Virus record (IMG/VR): IMGVR_UViG_3300042387_001477
Strand: one strand, 5' to 3'
DNA from: an uncultured virus (IMG/VR IMGVR_UViG_3300042387_001477)
Taxonomy: Duplodnaviria > Heunggongvirae > Uroviricota > Caudoviricetes
Length of the DNA: 64,000 bases
Under the pieces are notes generated by a model. The model searched no databases and was not told the DNA's origin. It saw only the letters and a program-made list of their open reading frames with translations. Shown one piece after another: positions 56,611 to 64,000 of this stretch (positions are counted from its first letter, which is position 1; every line of letters begins with the position of its first letter). The position numbers and the translations under genes were made by a program.

Positions 56611-58075
56611 GTTCCTTCCTTTTAAAATTTACTGGAATTATCTCGTACTCAAAGTTTTCTTCTGAGTAAGTTTTAATTCTTTCTACTAAGTGATTTAAGG
56701 TATAATTCTTTTTATCTCCTTTGGAGAAATCATCTGCAATATCAAATAGCTTTGCTTTTGATTTATTGTCTCCTTTTCTCAATACTCTTCCGATTGATTG
56801 GAGGTTTCTGATTCTTGATTTACTAGGGGAAGCAAAGATAACATTATGCAGATTTCTAATGTTAATACCAGTAGAAAAAGTGCCGTAAGAAGCAATGATG
56901 ATAGCATTAGACTCTTCTTCTGTTAGTTTTCTGATTAATTCTCTTTCTTCAGTATCAACTCCACCATATACGAAAAATACTTTTCGCTCATGGCCTACAT
57001 CACTATTTATTATTTCGTGAAGTATCTTGCCATGTTTTTCTACCATAGCAAATAATATCAAAGTATTACCCTCTTGATTGATAGCTAATTTTTTGATATA
57101 GTTGTTTCTCTTTTCAGATCTACAAATATAATCTAGTTCTTCTTGATATGATTCAAAGCTAGATTCTCCATGCTGAAGCAACAGGATATTGATTTTGAGG
57201 TTTGAGAGGTAGCCCTTGTCTATCAGTTTTTTGGTCTTAATAACCTTGTTAACAGGACCGAATAACCCCTCTAATACGAGTTGATTTGTGTTGGACCCAT
57301 CCAGAGTACCTGTGAAGCCAATTCTATGCTTACAATTATGCAGTTTTTCCATAATCGTAATCAGAGACTTGGCTTTGAACTGGTGAGCCTCATCTCCAAT
57401 AACAACATCATATTTTTCAAAGAAAGTTTTGGGCAACTTGTAGATTGATTGCCAAGTAGTAATAGTTACTGGATTAGTGCTGTGTTTAGATTTTCCAGCA
57501 TAAATTTTGTGAACTTCTTCACCCCAACCATAATCTTGAAAATCTTTTGATAGCTGTTCTACCAGAGATGTAGTAGGAGTAATAATAAGTACATTCAAAT
57601 TTCTGTCAATATAATATCTAACAATAGCATAGATCATCAATGATTTACCAGAAGCAGTTGGGGATAGTAATAGTTTCCTATTATTTTTGATTGCTTCGTA
57701 GATTGCCTTGTATTGATAATCTCTAACTGTGAATGGAATGTTTAAAGATTTAATGTAATCTACAAGACCTTCTGGAGTGATGTTGTGATTTGAATCTTTT
57801 GGTAGGCCATAAAATTTATTGTCTTGATCTAGATATGTGTACTTTCTAACACACAACCATTCAGTTAGATAATCATAAAGTCCCACATAAATTTTTCCTT
57901 CATGGGGACTGAATAATCTAATTTTTCCATCCCACATTCTGTTTTTAAATTGTGGCATGAATTTTGCATTGGGCACATCAAATGTAAAGTATTCAGCTAA
58001 CTCATATTTAATATGTGGTTCGCACTCTACAGTCAAATATACTTCGTTTTTCTTCTGAATAATAACATCAGCCAT
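56603..58075 (-). CDS. uvsW: SF2 RNA-DNA/DNA helicase
   Basis: PTASGKS, DEAH, TGT, QSIGRVLR. Confidence 0.95.
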   Translation of the reverse strand: MADVIIQKKNEVYLTVECEPHIKYELAEYFTFDVPNAKFMPQFKNRMWDGKIRLFSPHEGKIYVGLYDYLTEWLCVRKYTYLDQDNKFYGLPKDSNHNITPEGLVDYIKSLNIPFTVRDYQYKAIYEAIKNNRKLLLSPTASGKSLMIYAIVRYYIDRNLNVLIITPTTSLVEQLSKDFQDYGWGEEVHKIYAGKSKHSTNPVTITTWQSIYKLPKTFFEKYDVVIGDEAHQFKAKSLITIMEKLHNCKHRIGFTGTLDGSNTNQLVLEGLFGPVNKVIKTKKLIDKGYLSNLKINILLLQHGESSFESYQEELDYICRSEKRNNYIKKLAINQEGNTLILFAMVEKHGKILHEIINSDVGHERKVFFVYGGVDTEERELIRKLTEEESNAIIIASYGTFSTGINIRNLHNVIFASPSKSRIRNLQSIGRVLRKGDNKSKAKLFDIADDFSKGDKKNYTLNHLVERIKTYSEENFEYEIIPVNFKRKEHD

Positions 58076-58506
58076 TAAATACTTCCTTGCATAAATTTCT
58101 GCCAGTCAATGCTATTTTTGATTTGAAATCCTCTAGTACTAATATTACTTAGAATGCTTTCTAATAAAAATATCATCTCCTTATAATAATTTAGTTTATT
58201 TAAAGCTGACTGAATTTCTTCATCAGCTTCAATATAAAGCTGAACATCTTGTTTGAGAATTTTTAGATCAAACGGCTTTTCTTTATATACTTGAACGTCT
58301 GACTTTCCAGTATAATACTCAAACTTTTCTCTGAGCAGTCTTTTATATTCTTGTTCCTTTTTAATTTTAAATAGTCTTACGTCAGACAGCCAGTTTAAAT
58401 ACTTGCTATGAAGTTGTGGAATTTTAATAGATTCATGATCAAGTAGGTCTTCATCCATCTTGGAATCTTGAGCCCAGTGATCTTTAATAAAGTCAATATC
58501 AATCAT
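58075..58506 (-). CDS. uvsY: Recombination mediator
   Basis: W..DS..D, IPQLHSKY, YYTGK, RGFQIKNSIDW.KF. Confidence 0.9.
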   Translation of the reverse strand: MIDIDFIKDHWAQDSKMDEDLLDHESIKIPQLHSKYLNWLSDVRLFKIKKEQEYKRLLREKFEYYTGKSDVQVYKEKPFDLKILKQDVQLYIEADEEIQSALNKLNYYKEMIFLLESILSNISTRGFQIKNSIDWQKFMQGSI

Positions 58507-59039
58507 AGTTTCTTGTCATTAATGTTGTAGATATCGTATATAGTATACTTGAACCCGACATCAACTGTAAAATATTGGACATCAGTAGCGGTAGATTGGA
58601 ATGTCAATCCCCCAATGTTAGTTGGAAACAAATCTTTAAATACAATTTTAAATTTCTTTCTGAAGTTAGAATCTAAAACAAACAATACCCCATCACTATA
58701 AGTTTTATCTTCTAAATCGTCTCCTGGAAGTTCTGCAATATCTCCACCAGAATAAGGATGACCTAATTTTCTAACCCAATTATGCATAGTAATATAGTTG
58801 GTCATATTTTCATCAACTATAAATTGAATATTTAAATCATCAAAAGATATTTCATCTCCAGGATGAGGAATAGCATTAAATCTAGTTGATTGGGTTGCAA
58901 CAGAAAGTGATATTCCAGGAACAGTTGCAGACTGACAAAAGAAAGATACTTTTGGATATTTAATTAGTTGAAATTGAAAACCAATACCTGTTAAAAAATT
59001 AGCTGGACATGCAGAATTGGCTATAAAATTAGCTGACAT
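58503..59039 (-). CDS. gp3: Tail completion / sheath stabilizer gp3
   Basis: NFL...GF.F..PKV.FF.Q.A.VPGI, FIVDENM.NY, FKDLFPT. Confidence 0.88.
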   Translation of the reverse strand: MSANFIANSACPANFLTGIGFQFQLIKYPKVSFFCQSATVPGISLSVATQSTRFNAIPHPGDEISFDDLNIQFIVDENMTNYITMHNWVRKLGHPYSGGDIAELPGDDLEDKTYSDGVLFVLDSNFRKKFKIVFKDLFPTNIGGLTFQSTATDVQYFTVDVGFKYTIYDIYNINDKKL

Positions 59040-59061
59040 ATCTTTTTATTTTTATTTAGAT

Positions 59062-59087
59062 AAAAAAAGAGCCCCTTTCGGGGCTCC
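59062..59087 (-). terminator. Intrinsic terminator after gp23
   Basis: GAGCCCC-GAAA-GGGGCTC followed by a T-run on the minus strand. Confidence 0.85.
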
Positions 59088-59107
59088 TGAAGTATGTGAA
59101 CTATAAC

Positions 59108-60499
59108 TCACATTAGGTTGATAACTCTGGTTCTTCTGTAGTAAACGTTATCGTTTGCTTGGAGAGCGCCAGAACGCTGGGTAAGACCACCTGCGAATGG
59201 GTTTGCAACCATGCCGTAACGGGTCTTGAAGCCAATCTTAGGCTGGAAGGTGTCCTGACCGATGGAACGAACCATTTGGAGAGGAACGTATGGGCAGTAG
59301 AAGAGACCTGCATCGTATGCATTGGTTCCCTTATAACCCATCACATAGTAGTGATCGTTAGAGATGTTTGCTGAATAAGGATCAACATAAACCTTGATAC
59401 GACCATTGATTGTACCAGCTAGAGTTGATACGGTGTCGTCTGGGGTATCGTTAGGATTGAGTAGTGGGGTGTAATCCATTACCTTAGCTGCAGCTAGAGC
59501 ACTTGCAACGTCTGCTGAACAGACGATGAAGTTGCCCTTTCCACGACGAGTCTCATGACCGATTGCGTTTGCATCACGCTCGATCTGGAATAGTAGACCC
59601 TTGAACTTCTCAACTGACCAACGACCATTGGAGTCAACGTCGAGGTCAAAAGTACCAGCGTTAGCTACGTTGTTCTGAGCACCAGGCTTAGCGGTTACGT
59701 AGATGGTACGTACAACTTCACGGTTGATTTCAGTTAGAATCTCTGAGCTTAGGATGTTAGCAAGCTCAGTCTCAGCATCAAGACCATGAATAGCCTTGAG
59801 GTCTTGTGCTAGTTCTAGGGTGTACTCAGCTTTTAGAGCACGGCTCTTTGCTGTTACAGTTACCTTCTCGATTGAGAAGCTCATTTCACGGAACTCTGAA
59901 CCAGACTCACCTAGAGCTTCAGCAGCGTTGGTGTTCATACCACCAACGTAACCATAATCACCAGGAGAAGCAGCGTTTAGTACGCCTGGGTTGGTTGCAG
60001 TTTCGCCAGTTGCAGCAGAGTATGCACCACCAGCAGCAGAGAAACCAGAAGGAACTTCGTTGAAGAAGGTCTCGTTGTCGAATACGTTTGGAGTAGCACC
60101 GTTACCGTTACGGTCAGTACCACGATGAGCACGCATTGCGAAGATTAGTCCAGTAGGACCGCTCATTGGCTGAACACCGCAAATGTCATAAGCAATTAGC
60201 TTAGGCATTGAACGGCGAATGAGGCTGATTAGAACTGGATCGAAACCAGCAACAGGACCGCCAGCGGCTGCGCCACCTGAGAAGCCATGTGCGCCTGTAC
60301 CAGCACCACCTGCAGTGAATGAACCAGTGCTGTTAACAGCAACTTCTGAAAGAACTCCACGCTCTTCACGGAGAAATGATTCTTGGTTCTCAAGGAGAAC
60401 TGCGGTTACTGCCTTACGATATCTATCTGTAATTGGATTTAGATCGTTATGCTCCAGGATAGGAGCCCATTTTCTTTGTAGCTGTTCTGAATTAAACAT
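59108..60499 (-). CDS. gp23: Major capsid protein gp23
   Basis: GVQPMSGPTGLIFAMR, SRALKAEYTLELAQDLKAIHG, FYCPYVPL, FQPKIGFKTRYG. Confidence 0.98.
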   Translation of the reverse strand: MFNSEQLQRKWAPILEHNDLNPITDRYRKAVTAVLLENQESFLREERGVLSEVAVNSTGSFTAGGAGTGAHGFSGGAAAGGPVAGFDPVLISLIRRSMPKLIAYDICGVQPMSGPTGLIFAMRAHRGTDRNGNGATPNVFDNETFFNEVPSGFSAAGGAYSAATGETATNPGVLNAASPGDYGYVGGMNTNAAEALGESGSEFREMSFSIEKVTVTAKSRALKAEYTLELAQDLKAIHGLDAETELANILSSEILTEINREVVRTIYVTAKPGAQNNVANAGTFDLDVDSNGRWSVEKFKGLLFQIERDANAIGHETRRGKGNFIVCSADVASALAAAKVMDYTPLLNPNDTPDDTVSTLAGTINGRIKVYVDPYSANISNDHYYVMGYKGTNAYDAGLFYCPYVPLQMVRSIGQDTFQPKIGFKTRYGMVANPFAGGLTQRSGALQANDNVYYRRTRVINLM

Positions 60500-60568
60500 C
60501 GGGGTTAAACTCCTTGGTTGTTAAATTTATTGTTAGGAATCTATTAATATTTATAAAAATCTAGACTA

Positions 60569-61699
60569 TCACTGAGCCCATCTGGAAACAGCATTTACAT
60601 ATGCTGCCATTGGTCCCTCATAGAAGTCTTGATTCTTTTCAACGAGGTCTTCCACATAATTGGACTGAACTCTTGGGAAATAGTTTTCCTTAATAGTTTC
60701 AATCTTGTCACGGAAAGATTCTTCACTAATAAACTCAACACCTTCTGAAAGGTTGAACAGTTTTTCTTTCTGTGTTTCTGCTAGACCTTCGGATACTTCT
60801 GCAATAATTCCATGTTTAATATAGGATCCGATTTCTTGGTTTAGCTCAACATTGACTTCAATCTGTTCGTTGAGTTTTTCCTCCATCTCATCTAGTCTAG
60901 CTGCCATTTCGGCAACTACATCTTGTTGCTCTTCTGGGAGATCAATATTGTTCTCTAGGAAGAGATTTGCAAGACCTTGCATTAGATTTTCAGCAATCTC
61001 GGTCTTGATGCCATTGTCAACGGAAAGCTGATTCTCGGCAATCCATTGCTCAGCAACATAATCAAGGTGAGCGTCTACACGAGTCTCTAGGGACTCAGCG
61101 ATCTCTTCGATTTCCTCGATTAGACGCTGTTCGTATAGTGCCTCAAACTTTTGAACTTCTTCAACTACTTTAGCTTTGACTGCAGCTTCAAAAATTGTTG
61201 CAGCCTTTTGCATGAAGTGTTCGGAGAGTTCTTCTCCGTGGAAGAGAGCATTGAGATCATCGGTTACATCGATGTCGATCTCTTCTGCCTTCATTTTAGT
61301 CTTTGACTTCTTAGAAGACTTTTCCCCATCTTCTTTATTGTTATACTCATCATCCTCACACTCACCTTCGGCAAGTAGATCTTCATCATCTAGATCCTCT
61401 TCTTCTCTCATTCCTGATTGGCCAGGAGCTGAGCCTTGAAGACGAGCCATACCATCTGGTGACTTTGCACCAGCATTTACTTTAGAAGATGACTTACTCA
61501 TTCTTGAAGAAGCCTTTTTACCAATTTCATCACCTTCTGGTTTAGTGGTGGATGATCCACCTAGTTCTTCTGGTGATGCACCCTGGCCAGGAGTGCTGTG
61601 TTGTAATCTTTCCATACGGTCTCCTGGTTTGGCGTGAGCAGTGACAACGTTTCCTTCTTCTAGAAATTCGTCAAATTCTGTATTTAATACATTGGACAT
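60569..61699 (-). CDS. gp22: Prohead core scaffold gp22
   Basis: Acidic; KAATIFEAAV, LDYVAEQW, IKENYF, MAAYV. Confidence 0.92.
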   Translation of the reverse strand: MSNVLNTEFDEFLEEGNVVTAHAKPGDRMERLQHSTPGQGASPEELGGSSTTKPEGDEIGKKASSRMSKSSSKVNAGAKSPDGMARLQGSAPGQSGMREEEDLDDEDLLAEGECEDDEYNNKEDGEKSSKKSKTKMKAEEIDIDVTDDLNALFHGEELSEHFMQKAATIFEAAVKAKVVEEVQKFEALYEQRLIEEIEEIAESLETRVDAHLDYVAEQWIAENQLSVDNGIKTEIAENLMQGLANLFLENNIDLPEEQQDVVAEMAARLDEMEEKLNEQIEVNVELNQEIGSYIKHGIIAEVSEGLAETQKEKLFNLSEGVEFISEESFRDKIETIKENYFPRVQSNYVEDLVEKNQDFYEGPMAAYVNAVSRWAQ

Positions 61700-61741
61700 C
61701 GAAAAAACCCTCTAGAAATATGTGATATTTTCTACTATTAT

Positions 61742-62395
61742 TTATGAAATTTTGATATTACGAAGAAAACTTTCAAAAACTTGTAGTTTTCTTTCGGTTA
61801 AACTATTAGAAGAAGCGTTATTAATTGCTCGTCTATAGCTATTGATTACTTTTTCTTCTAGCATTCCATTGTTCCAAATCCATTCTCTACCTTCCATAAT
61901 GCCTTGCACGAAAGCATCTGGGGCAGAAGGATCTGCAACGATATCGGCAGCAGTAGATAACATGAAGTCATCTTTAACTACATTAACACCGTTTCTTTCC
62001 TCAATCGATCCAATGCCTCTTGAGGAAACTCCGAGTGTAACGCCAGACTCAAGAAGAGACTTAGCAATTTTACCCATAGGGGTTTCTAGAATTTGAGCTT
62101 TACCAATAAAATTAGTCCCTTCTGCACAAAGAGAAACAATCTTATGAGATACTCTATCTAGATTGATGGTTGGACTATCTGGATGACCAAGTTCACCGAG
62201 AGCACGACCCTTGGCAACATAATTCTCATTATATGCACCCACTTCTCTATTGAGAGTTTCCATTGGATACATACGGCCATTGCGGTTTTTTAATTCCGCT
62301 TGAAGAAATACTCCTTCAATATATAGGTTCTTTTTACCACCTCGTTCTTCGGTGATAACTCTAATATCTTCGATAGTTTCTGTGATTAGTTTCAT
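61742..62395 (-). CDS. gp21: Prohead protease gp21
   Basis: KNRNGRMYP, GELGHP, GVSSRGIGS, DIVADPSAPDAFV. Confidence 0.96.
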   Translation of the reverse strand: MKLITETIEDIRVITEERGGKKNLYIEGVFLQAELKNRNGRMYPMETLNREVGAYNENYVAKGRALGELGHPDSPTINLDRVSHKIVSLCAEGTNFIGKAQILETPMGKIAKSLLESGVTLGVSSRGIGSIEERNGVNVVKDDFMLSTAADIVADPSAPDAFVQGIMEGREWIWNNGMLEEKVINSYRRAINNASSNSLTERKLQVFESFLRNIKIS

Positions 62396-62646
62396 TGTTC
62401 GTACTCGTCTTCTGGTACTTGGTCGTCGTCATCCTCATCGTCATATTCGTCTACAGATTCACCTTCTTCATAATAATCATCTTCATCCTCATAGTTTCCT
62501 GATGCAAACATATTCTGAGCAAGCTCAACTTGTCTCATGCCGATTTTCTCAGAAGCTATTCCATATAGAGCATCGTAAATTTTTTCATTTGCATTTAGAT
62601 TGTTTCTAGCAATAATGCTATCTACAATTTCTTGTGACAAAGACAT
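62392..62646 (-). CDS. Small acidic prohead core protein (gp67/68 position)
   Basis: Between gp20 and gp21; strongly acidic C-terminus. Confidence 0.6.
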   Translation of the reverse strand: MSLSQEIVDSIIARNNLNANEKIYDALYGIASEKIGMRQVELAQNMFASGNYEDEDDYYEEGESVDEYDDEDDDDQVPEDEYEQ

Positions 62647-62686
62647 AAAAACCTCAATAATGTATAAAAATTACAATAACTATTTA

Positions 62687-64000
62687 TTAAAATTTACCTT
62701 TTCCGTAATCCGAAGGAGAGATGTAATTTTTAAATTCTGCATCAAGTCCTCCAGCTGATGCTCCGCCTCCAGCAGGACCAGCTTCACCAGATGCTGCTTG
62801 ATCAGTTGGCATAGGTTGCTCTTGGCCTGGAGGTAGTGCTCCACCTCCCATGCCTTGATCCATCATCATTGCATTGGGATCTTGAATAATTCCAAGTTCT
62901 TTTTCTTTCTCAATCTGCATATCAATTTCTTCAATCTCATCATCAGTTTGCTTGAGAATTTGTCTGCGAACATATTCAACAGAAAAATATTTACCAAGGT
63001 ATGGTTCTACTTGATTGACAATGTTAAGGCGATCATTGAGAAGTTCAGTATTTTTAAGTTCAGTAAAATGATTATCAAAGATATAATCATACTGAATATA
63101 TTCTTTCATTTCTTCCCAGTCATCTGTAGTAATAATTCCTTTTAGAATTAACTGAGTTCTGAGTAGATCATGGAATAGTTCACTGAAACGTTTACGAAGT
63201 CTACCAACAAACTTAGCAAACTTAAGTTCATCTCTAGTGATTTCGTTAGTTCTACCAATGGTAAATGAACTTTCTTGCTCTAGTCTTGAGAGGGGAATAT
63301 TTAGGGACTTATAAAGTTTCTTCTGGAAATACTTGACATCTTCAAGTTCTCCGAGATTCTGTCCACCTGGAAGTGTGGTAATTTCTGTACCACGACCACC
63401 TTCACGACGAGGTAGCCAGAAATCTTCAAGCATACTCATATGCTTTCTATCATCTCTGATTTCACCAGTCGCAGAATCATATACAACTTTATTTCTATAT
63501 CTACCCATAACTTCACGTAGGTATTGCTCAGCTTTAATCTTTGGGAGATTGCCTACATCAATATAGAAAATACGACGTTCTGGAGCACGAGATAGTCTGT
63601 AGATAACGAGACTATCTTCAATCATTCTTAGCTGGTTTACAGACTTAATAGCTTTGTAGAGATAGCTAAGAACCATATTTCTGTTATGGTCAAACAGTCC
63701 AGATGTTACGTATGTAACGGCATCGTTTGAAATTTTGATACCATTAGCATCTGAACCTTTATATCCTCGTGGGAAATAAATGTAGTATTCAATAAACTCA
63801 CCATAGTCATATTTTTGACCTTCCATGGTGGTTAGAGAATCTACATTCTTCTGCCTTTTAATTTCTCTAACTCTTTTAATTTTAAGCGAATCAATATATC
63901 TTAATTCCTTGATGCCTTCCTTTGGCTTATCAAAGTCAATAATTTTATGGTAATATAATCTTCCATCAATATACCAACGACGGAAAATATTATGACACTT
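62687..64000 (-). CDS. gp20: Portal protein gp20 (5' end outside the window)
   Basis: Frame stays open to the window edge (HNIFRRWYIDGRLYYHK); RAPERRIFYIDVGN, EDFWLPRREGGRGTEI. Confidence 0.96.
   Translation of the reverse strand, partial: KCHNIFRRWYIDGRLYYHKIIDFDKPKEGIKELRYIDSLKIKRVREIKRQKNVDSLTTMEGQKYDYGEFIEYYIYFPRGYKGSDANGIKISNDAVTYVTSGLFDHNRNMVLSYLYKAIKSVNQLRMIEDSLVIYRLSRAPERRIFYIDVGNLPKIKAEQYLREVMGRYRNKVVYDSATGEIRDDRKHMSMLEDFWLPRREGGRGTEITTLPGGQNLGELEDVKYFQKKLYKSLNIPLSRLEQESSFTIGRTNEITRDELKFAKFVGRLRKRFSELFHDLLRTQLILKGIITTDDWEEMKEYIQYDYIFDNHFTELKNTELLNDRLNIVNQVEPYLGKYFSVEYVRRQILKQTDDEIEEIDMQIEKEKELGIIQDPNAMMMDQGMGGGALPPGQEQPMPTDQAASGEAGPAGGGASAGGLDAEFKNYISPSDYGKGKF

Overview
A 64 kb, AT-rich, mostly minus-strand segment of a T4-like cyanomyophage, probably infecting a freshwater or coastal Synechococcus/Cyanobium-type host (inference). 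Left to right: baseplate/tail genes (tape-measure-like protein with an M23 domain, gp26/gp51, gp54, gp2, gp4, gp48, gp53); gp32/gp59/gp33, phoH, a denV-like glycosylase, thyX and RNase H; an accessory island (psbA, two hli, petF, SLH-porin, lysozyme, RlpA, C39 peptidase, nine tRNAs, two free-standing endonucleases, structured RNAs); nrdAB, primase and candidate internal head proteins; the replication/recombination core (gp41, uvsX, gp43, regA, gp62/44/45, gp46/47, gp55, uvsW, uvsY); and the head module (gp3, gp23, gp22, gp21, partial gp20). The most striking observation is a tRNA-Asn gene whose anticodon is split by a 46-nt insert that itself folds as a miniature tRNA (acceptor stem plus T-arm). 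Cutting it at canonical RNase P and RNase Z positions would exactly restore the GUU anticodon, and an HNH endonuclease gene lies beside it. Second is a likely programmed -1 frameshift (T TTT TTC) fusing gp26 to a start-less gp51-like ORF directly upstream of the tape-measure-like gene. All family assignments come from motif recognition by eye; no database searches or folding computations were run.
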